From the NCBI GenBank assembly GCA_002104905.1, contig MCFE01000733.1, forward strand, positions 1-41,615: a DNA stretch of 41,615 nucleotides, read 5' to 3'. The position numbers were made by a program, and so were the translations under genes. The notes beneath the pieces are model-generated. The model ran no database searches, was not told the DNA's origin, and worked only from the letters and a program-made list of their open reading frames with translations. This document shows, piece after piece, positions 12,401 through 23,119 of the stretch (the first letter of the stretch is position 1; each line of letters opens with the position of its first letter). Origin of the DNA: Basidiobolus meristosporus CBS 931.73. Taxonomy: Eukaryota > Fungi > Basidiobolomycota.

Positions 12401-14154
12401 TGGTACATTTGAAAGATACAAAGCAAGACTTGTGGCCAAAGGATACTCTGAAACAAAAGGACTTGACTACACTGCGACCTTTGCACCGGTAGCCAAATTT
12501 AATTCCATCAGATTAATATTGGCTATTGCAGTCAAATATAAGTTTTTATTCATCAAATGGATGTAAATACTGCATTTTTAAATGGAGAACTTGATGAGGA
12601 TGTGTATATGGACCAGCCTGATGGGTTTTTTGACCAAGATAACCTCCATTTGGTCTGCTAGCTTAAAAAGTAACTCTATGGTCTCAATCAATCACCAAGA
12701 GCCTGGAATTGCAAGATAGATTCTTGTTTGGAATCTCTGAGTTTCAAAAGGAGTAATGCTGACTATAGTATATACTATAAGCCAGATAGAGCAAATCCAG
12801 CTCTATAGCCCTATATGTGGATGATCTTATTATAGCTGCCAATAACCTAGAAACATTGGAAGAGACAAAATCCAGCCTATCTAAGGAGTTCAAGATGTCT
12901 GATCTAGGAGAACTCAGTTACTACTTAGGGATTAAGCTCTCCATTGGCAGAAGTACCCAGACTATTACCCTAAGCCAATCCAAGTATATTCAAGATATAC
13001 TAAAGAAGTACAAAATGGAAGACTGTAAACCAGCAGCTACCCCAATGGAGACAAACCTTAACTTGGTCAAAACTCAACCAAATCAAGAGAGCTTGGTGCC
13101 ATCTGAAAGCCCTGACTTTCCTTATCAATCTATGGCCGGCAGTCTGATGTACATCATGCTTGGAACATGTCCAGATATCTCATATTCAGTGGGAGTTGTC
13201 AGCTAATGTAATCAGAACTATGGATCTGATCATATTGCAGCAGTTAAGCAAATTTTTAGATACCTAAAAGGAACAGCTGATATCTGCTTAAGATACACTT
13301 ATAAGGATTCAGAACAGGATTTTGTGGGATACTTTGATGCTGATTGGGGTCAAGATTTGGAAGACAGAAGATCTACCACTGTATACACCTTTCTCTACTG
13401 TAAAGGAGCAATTTCATGGAATTCAAGAAAGCAACCAACTGTAGCACTTTCTACCACAGAGGCACAGTATATGGCAGCCTGTGAAGCTACAAAAGAAGCA
13501 ATGTGCTTAGGAAAGCTTTTTACAGATTTAGGCCTATGTGAAAAAATGCCTATTACTTTATTTCAAGATAATCAAGGATGTATACAGTTAGGTGGAAATC
13601 CAACTTTTCATGCTAGAACCAAGCACATAGATATCAGACATGATTTCATATGTGAAGCTATAGAGAATAGCTTAGTTAGCTTAGCTTACTGTCCTACAGA
13701 TGAAATGATTGCTGATATATTTACCAAAGCTTTAGCTAGAGACAAGTTTGAATATTTTAGGTCAAAATTGGGACTAGTCAGTATCAACATTTAGCTGAGT
13801 GGGAGTGTTGTAAAGATTTGTAATTCCACCTAAATATTCACCTATCTTAGTCACTTAACTCATTATCCTCAAACTCTAGAGAATACTGACCAAATTCCTT
13901 GTTAGGATTTACTTATAATATTTTCACCAAAATACCAGGTACCCAGAACATGAAAATTCTCAAGGTTGTCCAAACAGCCCCAAACTTTGCACACCTATTC
14001 TTGGGACCTTAATTAATCTATTCTATGTGCTTGTAATGCCAAGACCAGGTAAAAGCATAAGTACTACTTTTATATTCAATAAATGATTAAGTGAAAACCA
14101 CATAATGTACTTGTTCTCCCAATCACTTCCAGTATCTCCAAGACTCTTACAACA
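9474..14154 (+). mobile_element. Full-length (4681 bp) non-functional Ty1/Copia LTR retrotransposon nested in the gag of an older copy
   Basis: LTRs 9474-9822 and 13806-14154 (349 bp each, TGTTGTAA..TTACAACA); PBS GGTTATGAGCCC 9823-9834; PPT GAGTGGGAG 13797-13805; 5-bp target duplication gtatg/gtgtg; domain order gag-PR-IN-RT-RH. Confidence 0.97.
9827..13794 (+). pseudogene. Copia gag-pol, interrupted by several stops and frameshifts
   Basis: KLDGSNYQVWKVKI (gag N-terminus), CNYCKRKGHTSDWC (CCHC knuckle), WCIDSGASQH (protease), LWHRRFGH..CEAC, HSDLCGP, DNGG (integrase), YKARLVAKG, YVDDL (RT), DADW..STT, TKHIDIR (RNase H). Confidence 0.95.
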
Positions 14155-17100
14155 GTGTGGAAGGTCAAGATGAAGATGCAGCTACAAGAAAATGGCCTGT
14201 AGGATATTGTCATGGGAGAACAATGACCTTTTAAAAATGTGGGAGTGGAAGCCTTAGAGTACCAGAAGAAAGCACAAATTGCCTTTAACTGCATTTGCCT
14301 TAATGTTCAGGACAAGTTGCTAATTCAATGCTCAAGAGCAAAAACAGCAAGGAATGCCTGGAAGGCATTAGAAGACACCTACCAGTCATGTTCAGCTGCT
14401 AAGAAAATGTATCTGAGACAATGATTCTTTACTACAAATATGCAGCCAGAAGAAGAAATGAAAAATCTAATTAATAGAGTTACTCTGCTGGTAGATGAAA
14501 TGGAATCTGTGGGTGTACCAACTACTGATGAGGATGTGATAGTTATCATCCTGAATAGCCTGGCAGACAAGTTCCAGGACCTTGTATCAGCCCTAGAGTA
14601 CAGAACTGAAGATTTGACCTTAAATTATGTATATGGAATGCTCCTGGATGAAGAATGAAGAAAATCAAGTGCCAATAAGAAGGAAGAAGCAAATGCTTTA
14701 ATAAGCAATGCAAACCAACAAAGGAGGTACCCAAGACCCTACAAAGGCAACAGCAACCTGTTTTGCAACTACTGCAAAAGGAAAGCACACACATCAGACC
14801 GGTGTCTCAAAAAGAGATATTTGGCAAAAGAAGCCTGAATATGGAAATGCTGCAACAACTGAAGATACACTATTCATATCTGCACTAAATATGACCACAA
14901 ACAAGGATTCTCAGATGCAGTATGTTGACTCTGGGGCATCTCAACACTCTACACACCAAAAAGAACTTTTACCCAGTATCAAGAAGTTCCAATTATGAAG
15001 GTTTCATGGGTGACAATAGAATGCTTGATGCAGTGGGAGAAGGAACTATCCAAGTAATCCTAAGAAGCAGTGAAGGAAGCCATACACTGACCTTTACATA
15101 AGTACTCTATGTACCAGAAATAGCCAAAAACCCACTATCTGTGAGCAAGGCCACAGCAGAAGGACTCAGTTTCAGCTTTGACAATTCTGGATGCAGGATC
15201 AATGATCAATATGGTGCCCATATTGCTTTGGGTATCAGAGATCAGAATCTATACAAGTTGACTTATATTCCATCATATTTGGAAGCCAATATAAGTAACT
15301 TAAATGAAGAAGCACCAATGCTTTGGCACAGGAGATTTGGGCACATCAATTTTAATTATTTGTGCAAAATGATCAAAGATCAGCTAATTTCTGGAGTGAG
15401 AATTAATCCCCCTGCTAATTTGGAGCACTGTGAAGCCTGCATATATAGGAAACAAGCCAGACAACCATTCAAGAGCTCTGGGTTATTCAAAACTAAGAAA
15501 AAATTAGATCTAATTCACTCAGATCTGTGTGGACCAATGCAAAGTTTATCCTTAGCCAGGATGAAGCATTTAATCACTTTTATTGATGATTATACAAGAT
15601 ACACATGGGTCTACTACATGGAGAGAAAGGAAGAAGCTCTGTCTAAGTTCAAGGAGTTTAAAGCCATGGTGGAGAGAGAAATTGGTGAAAAAATCAAGAA
15701 AACACGCTCTGACAATGGCGGAGAATATACCTCAAAACTCTTCATCCACTTGTGCAAAATTCATGGGATAAAGCAAGGGACTACTGTACCATACTCCCCG
15801 CAGCAAAATGGAGTAGCAGAACATGCTAACAGATCAATAATTGATATGGCAAGATCTTTGATCCATGATCAAGAATTATCCTATGATTTTTGGGTGGTGT
15901 AGTGGGGTGACAGTGACACCCACTAATAGATGTGCTCATTCCCTTATTTTCCACTTCCCTATATCTCTACTACACTTATTTTTGGTTTTATACCATTTGT
16001 CTTACCCAATCAGTACTATCCCATAAGCTGGTTGACTATCACACCTGCCTACCTTATTGCATAAGTTACCCCCCACTTTATGTAAGATTATTAGCTATAA
16101 GAGCTTCTATATTAGGCAAGTACCTGCGCCAATACCCATGACACATGATCAACCCAAGTCACCATCCCTACCATTTCCATACCATATATGGTTTCCCTAT
16201 GTAACACAGGTTTCAGAATACTGATTCCTGATTGGTTAGATGTGCTGTGCCTCTTAGAACCTTCTGGCACCTACTTAGAACATTCTTAGGTTATTCTGAT
16301 GATATTAAGATTTCTATTGATATCTGGAACCTTTGGGAATATCATGATTAGTAATCACTTAGCCAGTGTGAAAAGTATATAAGGGAGGCTATCCCTCAAC
16401 AATAAATCATCATCCCTTTTATCAATATACCAACTTGTTGATTAGTGTGATCACTGCTACCTGCTGCTACCTGAACTTCCAACCCTAAACCACAGGACAC
16501 TCCCAGGAAACTGTGCTGCCAGCCAACTGACCTTGGAGGCACTACTTGTGAGGAATACTCAGAGTAGGTATCTTTTATTATATTTGATTCTTTCCCAAGT
16601 TTGTTCTTGTACAGGCAAAGATACTTTTCTGTCTTTGTAACTATTGACCACAGCTGCATTCTTATCAAGTCCCTGCTGGTGGAGTTTACAGTTGTTTTGA
16701 CTTTGGAAGCTTTAGTACATTGTCATCTCAAAGGATGCTGAAATCAGCACATACTTTTGTTAAGATGCCAACTAAGTTGGGGATTGTAGCTCAATAGTTT
16801 TCCCTTGACAAGCTTGTGGCTTTATTCCCCCTCACATTAGATTAGAGACAGAACCCAAGTATTCCTAGCAAGCTTTTGCCAGAGATTATTGCACCCAGTC
16901 AACACCCCACACACAAAACACTTGAGAAGTGTTGGATATATCTCTCCCTTGGACCTATACACCACCACAGCGGAATCAGTTGCCACAGCTGTATACCTTA
17001 AAAATAGAAGTTATAACAGAATACTTTGTGATTCTACTCCATTTGAAGCATGGTATGGATACAGACCAAGTGCAGAACATCTAAGAATATTTGGGTGTAC

Positions 17101-17690
17101 AGCATATGTGGAGAAATTGCCAGGAAATCATGCAAAATTTGAGCCAAAAAGTGTAAAATGCATATTTTGGGCTACTGTAATGAGAGCAAGGCATACAGAC
17201 TCTACAATACCAAAGCAAAGAGGCTAATCAAGTCCAGGGGTGTGTTGTTTGATGAAAATTCAAAATTTTCACAAAAATGACATTAGAAGATGACAAAAAT
17301 CTGATCCCAAGTCCACCAATTGTCAGGATTGAATCAGAGCAAAGCAATGAGAGTTTTTTGACTCCAGAGGACTCCACAACTGTGGTTCAGCCTGAATCAG
17401 TGCCCAGGAATATCCCAGAAGTGATAATTCCAATATCAAATGTCTGGAGATCCAATCAGATAAGAAATAGCCCAAATTACTATATCAATGAGGGTACAAA
17501 CTTAGCCTATGCCTATTCAGTCCATATTGATGCGCCCCAGACTGAAAGAGATGCCCTAAATAGCCCTCAGACAAAGTTTTGGAGATCTGCAATGACTGAG
17601 GAATATCAGGCCCTGATGGAAAATCAAACTTGGGACTTAGTCAAATTACCAATCAACCAAAAATCAATTGGATGCAGATGGGTCTTCATA
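14155..17690 (+). mobile_element. Remainder of the older host Copia copy (gag, PR, IN, start of RT), interrupted by a solo LTR at 15898-16969 and truncated at ~17690
   Basis: Resumes gag exactly where 9473 left off (gtgtggaagg..); ORFs 14239-14998 and 15141-15902 parallel 9950-11660; integrase resumes at 16970 (gcggaatcagttgccacagc); stops after GCRWVF. Confidence 0.93.
15898..16969 (+). mobile_element. Solo LTR (1072 bp) of an unrelated family, probably Ty3/Gypsy-like
   Basis: TGTAGTGG...CCACCACA ends; 4-bp target duplication gtgg/gcgg (CpG-decayed on the left); internal TATATAA (~16375) followed by AATAAA (~16401); no similarity to the Copia LTR; no coding remnants seen. The Gypsy assignment is an inference from TSD length and size. 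Confidence 0.75.
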
Positions 17691-18114
17691 ATCTATTTGT
17701 GCTCCTAATCACCACTAATATCTTCAGGACTCTTACACCATTAAGTCATATAGCTGCGGCAATTGATACTGCCCAAAGATCAGAAGTAATCTCATGGCTG
17801 CTTCTGGTGCATCAAGTACTTCATTTTTTTACTGTTATTATCAAGAAAGCCACCTAAAGTGTGCTCAAGAGCATCCTAAGATCATGCAGGTCATATTAGG
17901 GGCTATTTGAGCAGCTTATATACCTTTGATGTCTTAGGTAACTATGATTAGGGTGTGATATTCTGGGCAAATCCTTGAGATTTAAGAAATTGGGGCAGAA
18001 TTCTCTGAATTTATGGACTGGCATTGGAATAACTGAGTTGAGTAAGCATTTAGGCCCAGATTTGGAATTTTTATCATCACAAAGATGAGCTCATTCCTTC
18101 TTTCATTTAATTGA

Positions 18115-18447
18115 AGTGGGTATTCAGCAAGAATGCAATGGTTAGAGCAAGCAAGTAGATTGATGAGTTTTCACTTGGTAATTTACTCCATGAATGAGCT
18201 CTATATATACCTTTACATGGTGTTGGCATAACAAACCAGTGAAATATTTCCAGAAAGGTATCAAGAGCATGTGTACAAATCTTGAGAGCTTTTGGGTACC
18301 TTTGAGATTCTCCAAGACCTGGGTTCCAGATATCTTGGGGGGTATTTGAAGGGGCTCCCAACAAGGAATCCGGACAAGATATTCTGGGATTTGTGGACTT
18401 CGATCTGGGAGACTTAGCTAATGAAATGTTTAGACCTAATTGCAACA
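18115..18447 (-). repeat. Diverged Copia-family LTR in inverted orientation
   Basis: Reverse complement begins TGTTGCAA and shares attccttgttgg, cacatgctcttgatacctt, tttgttatgccaa.acca.gtaaa.gtata and tgaaaac..catcaatctacttg with the main LTR; left boundary approximate. Confidence 0.7.
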
Positions 18448-21400
18448 TCACCAGTTCCAAAACCACTGGTCTCCAAGTATCTATGAGCACATCCGGGGAC
18501 TCCTATTCTAATATTGCAGCAAAACTTGGCTAATAAACATGGAGCATTCAAGTGTAAATCATTCTTCCACTAGTGGCCTCAACAGGCTACAGGTAAGCCA
18601 TGTGATTGTTTGGCAAATTCAACAGGTTTAACACCGTCCAGGGCTTGTACAAATCCTGGGATCTGGTTCCTGTAAGACAATCCATATGTGAGTCCTAGCC
18701 AACGCTTGGATCCTTGGCAACGAGAGACACCAAGATGCATATAAGTAGGTCAGGGGCTGAACCCGCCAGTTACAACACATGCTACATAATTAAGTGAGCA
18801 GGAAGTGATGGAATACCTCCGGAGTATACACCAGGTAGATCGTCTATGTGTTGGTTGTACGAGGGCAGAGAGAAGACGAAAGATCTTCGGAGTTCAGCTG
18901 TAGATCCCGAGCATTGCATCCACATCTCCATGCCTGCCCATGGAAAGGTTTGTGGAATGGATTTCGATGGTACTACCTAAAGGGTATCCACCTCGCATTG
19001 CCCGACGCTAGTCCAAACTTCGAGGAAGACTCCAGCGTATTTACCATCCGAATGCGGAATGCATCGGGGCCAATTGGCGGACCATCTTGATGGGGGATGG
19101 GATTAGAAACAAGATCCACGCGGTAGCTCATGTTCATCGCAGGGTAGACAAGAGTGGCCAGCTCCCACTGGTACTTTGCAGTTAGCCAGGTGGTCCAGGT
19201 GAAATTCCTACGGGCAGCCGGACCAATCTGGGACGCCGTTCACGGGAAATCAGCGAGGCCGGTTCATACCATCGTGAACAGACCCCATCGAAGTATCATA
19301 CCTCCCAGTCTTGGATCAGATGCCGCCCGGATAGAACACTAACCCCTCGCCAGGCCCGGGAGACCGCATGCTACGGATCTGACCCCGAAAATGATGTCGC
19401 CAGAATTCGGATGGTGAGCTTGGCGACGGCAAAGGAGCTGCAGTCAGACAATTATTGGGATGTTGGGAGGGATTTGCGCCCAGCTTAATAGATCATGATT
19501 GAATCCATCCGGTCCATCTCGAGGGTTCTCAGACTTGGCGTTACATACGGTAACTTCCGCCCATCCATCAGCTACCGTATAGCTTCGTGCGTAGATGCCG
19601 GATAGTGTGTACTCTACAGTGGTAGACTCCATGAATGATGAGGATGTCCTCTGACCATGTGCAGGCTTGATCGGGCCGGAAGGTGGACCTTACCACAACA
19701 CCGTACAGGAGGGTGTTGACTGGTCCTTCCACACCCAAATAGAAGCGCAGATGATGACCGTGATCAGGGCAACCGGTGACCACCGTGAATGGGGGAATAA
19801 GATTGGTGGGATGACTTCAGCGAAGTTCATTCAAGATTAGATGGATACCACAAGTAGACATTTCGCCCTCCCTCAGCCCAAGCTAGCAGGCGCCCGTTGC
19901 TTTTGGATATCCGGAGAGCCCGATAGCAGCAATCTGGCTGATTATCAAAGTAGGCAATCAGTGTGGATGACGGAGCATGAATCGACAGCCTCGTGTAACC
20001 GCGAAGTCAGTTCGAGGAAGGGGATATGAACATAACGGGTTTGGTCTATGTGGACTGTGAATGCAACCTCGAATTGGACACCGGCAATGCCTACATGAGA
20101 TCATATCCTCTGGTCGATGGAGCGGCTCACTATCAGTGCACACTGACGTATCAAGATGGCATGAGGTAATCATCTGCGTAACTGGCACCATCAGATCACC
20201 CCAATGGTCTAGTGCCCAACACTCCATTTCGATCAGGCCTACAGGTGGATGTTTGCCGACGGTCGGTGTGGTCAGTCACAGATACCATTCGACCAGACGA
20301 ACTGCCGCCTCGGGTGGGATTATGCTGGCCCATCGCCATAGACCCGTCTGGAAGGTCGATCATTTCCATCAGCCTTGCTTTACTGTATCCCTCCGACAGG
20401 CTCTAGCCTTGATCCGGCAGAATGCTTGGAAAGCAGAGGAGCCCGGTCATGGTACAGCTAAGCTTTCAGTCCACAACTTACTCAACACACCCATTAGCGT
20501 CCAAGCATCCCCAGCCTAGACTTGCGGATGACTGAGCTCGGTGGTCACTGGGCACAACCATGATGTAAGATGAAGGACTGCTTTTGGATGAGTGTCCTGC
20601 CTGGCTGTAGGAAATTGGTGGGCCCACGATCACTACCGAATGGATGGAATTTGAGATGGCGTCTATGATTCAACCCGCTTCGACACTTTGCAGGTATGAA
20701 CGCATACCCATGTAGCATAATCCAGGTCGTATGACATTTGTGACATGATCTTGACGCGCACAGGAAAGGGGCGTCGAATGCGGCTGTGATGGACGCGGTC
20801 TTTGAATCATTCCCCAGGCCAAGAGGCGAATTGTTATGTAAGGTGCTCCATTCAACACCCCGACTCCGTGGTGCATCGGGACTGGAGAGGTAAGATGCAT
20901 GTTAAACCTGTTTGAGGATGATGGATCCCCTTCCCATTCAGGGCACCTAAACTTCGGCCCCCCCCCAATGAGCTATGAGTTCATCGTGATAGCAAGTTCG
21001 CGGATCTTTGGTCTGCAGTGGATGGGTCACACAATGCACCATACGTCATCCAAAGGCCATTTCGAACCAAGCTTACTCTTTTTGTATGGTGATTTGGGGG
21101 CCTGAACATTATCACAAACCTCAACTACAGGCGATGTTCATTTAACCATGTATGTCGACCATATTCAGCACCAGCCCCATAGACCCGCCCGTCCACAGAC
21201 TCCAGTGGCATCGAGAAGCATGGCTAAGAGGGGTGCGTTGGCATCTACATAGAACCGGCCGTGATTACGGGACGTTTGCGGGCAAAGTACGCGTTACAAA
21301 GTACCCGAGACGAGGTTAATAATAGAACATCCCAAACTATGGCTGGTGGATTGTTCCTCACCGATAAATATAGGGGGATGTGACGTTGAGGAAGGTTCGG

Positions 21401-22451
21401 TGAATTCAGTATTTTTAGAGGCACCCATCCGAAAATTATCGACAAATCCCTGGATCCGCTTGCTCCAAATTCCCCCGATTTCCCCGTCCTAGATTGCATC
21501 GTCGAGGATTCCTGATGGGTCCTCCAATCTGAGGTCCCGTAGAACCATGCTATTCTTAGATCAGAAGATAGTTGCTATTTAGCGTGAGCATGACGTCCAG
21601 TCGATTCCCTGAGCAGGCGACTTACCGGATATGGCATGGGGTTGCTGGAAATTGGACATTTTGTTCCTGATTGTTGTCACCGAGTAGAAAGGCCGTTGAT
21701 TGGAAAGAATCTTACAGATCAAGTTTTGGAGCCAGGCGGCCAGCCTATGGGTATCGATACCGCACTCAAGCAACGAGTCACTGCCCATAGGTGGAGCAAG
21801 CTGGAGGTTGTGTGTGGATCGTATTTTTGGAAGCAAGGTGGCCCGGACAATGACAAGGATGCTGCACATTCAGCGCTGTCGATGCCAACTTCCACCCATT
21901 GGCCCCCAAGCCAGCCAGGGCCATGAAAATAACCACCGCTCTGCGTGTGTCGGTCGTCGCCCCTTTCTCACGAAGCAACGCTACTTTGGGGCAAGGGCAT
22001 GCCACTCCATACAACCCGGCCACTCTGCCATGGTGTACGGTCGAACCAATCAGTGGTGCAACACGAAACCACAACCTCAACGTCATGATTACTATTTGTC
22101 AGTGCAGATTTAGACCCGATGTGGTAATGCAACCTCTGACTGAAGTAGTACCGAAAAGCCTACTGTCGCTTAATAGAATCAGACATGGATCCTGGTGTCC
22201 GATCCAAGGCCATGATAACGCTTCGGAGGATCTTGATGCATTACTGGTGATGCAATTTTAGGAAACCATGAGTGCACATCCATTTTCGCTATTTGGGGAG
22301 CCATCCATCCAGAGTTCCACCCAGTTCTATATTCCGAATATTGACTATCACGAAAACCACGAAATGGTATTTTTGTTTATCTCTCAGATCATGGACAAAA
22401 ATAACCGCCGTGCGCTGTAGCTGATGGAATGGGTCGCCGGGATGGATGGGC

Positions 22452-22458
22452 TATATAA
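22452..22458 (+). promoter_or_regulatory. TATA box (TATATAA) of the orphan gene
   Basis: ggcTATATAAgc lies ~160 bp upstream of ATG 22619, followed by a CT-rich leader (ccactccactctcactctcact). Confidence 0.55.
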
Positions 22459-22618
22459 GCGTGGTGCTACCCCCCAAGGGATCTGTACAAATCCATTCCC
22501 CATCACCACCACGGCTGAGGTCACGCAACATCTGTTAAATAGATATTGTCTCCACCCCACTCCACTCCACTCTCACTCTCACTAATCCCATTTGTTGTCC
22601 AATTTCCTCCCCTCTGCA

Positions 22619-23119
22619 ATGTTTAAATTCCTTAAGCCTAAAGCCCTAAAGAGCCATCGCCACACAAACACTGACGGGCTTCGTGACAGCCTCGACTCGG
22701 TAGTGGGCAGCCTGGACCAGATGTCTCTCGCGGGTCTGGCCGACAGTCGCTATCCCTCCGATTCCATGACGCAGGCTTACAATAGAAAGGCATGGAGAGA
22801 GAGCTGTCATTCCTCCACCGTGGATCTATCCTCCTGCCATGACACCGTCTCTCTTCGTACTATCTCTAAGCGCACCTCCATTGCCTCCTCGTCAGAATCC
22901 ATCTCCTCCGCCTCCTCTGAAGAGAATGTTGTTCGTTTGAAGAACGGCTTCCAGGTAGTGTTCACCCCGAATCCCAAGAAAAAGAGGGTCGAGGTTCGGG
23001 TGTACAGAGACGGGCGTCTCCTTAAGCGACAGGAAGTGATCTACCATCTGTCGATGGCCAAGAAGTACCAGCAGGCCATCAAGCAACATCAGCAAATGAT
23101 GCAGAGCTCCATGGCTTAG
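22619..23119 (+). CDS. Hypothetical 166-aa protein, Ser-rich, with PKKKRV NLS-like motif
   Basis: Intronless ORF MFKFLKPKALK...QQMMQSSMA*, C/G-ending codon bias like the neighbouring real genes, TATA box and CT-rich leader. No family recognised. Confidence 0.7.
   Translation: MFKFLKPKALKSHRHTNTDGLRDSLDSVVGSLDQMSLAGLADSRYPSDSMTQAYNRKAWRESCHSSTVDLSSCHDTVSLRTISKRTSIASSSESISSASSEENVVRLKNGFQVVFTPNPKKKRVEVRVYRDGRLLKRQEVIYHLSMAKKYQQAIKQHQQMMQSSMA

Noticed and set aside
9853-13794. Alternative genetic code or programmed readthrough explaining the in-frame stops in gag-pol
   Set aside because: Sister copies have sense codons at the same sites, frameshifts also occur, and host genes end normally with TAA, TAG or TGA.
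17690-18115. CpG-poor segment with a minus-strand TATATAA, perhaps another LTR
   Set aside because: No termini, TSD or similarity to other repeats in the window; left unclassified.
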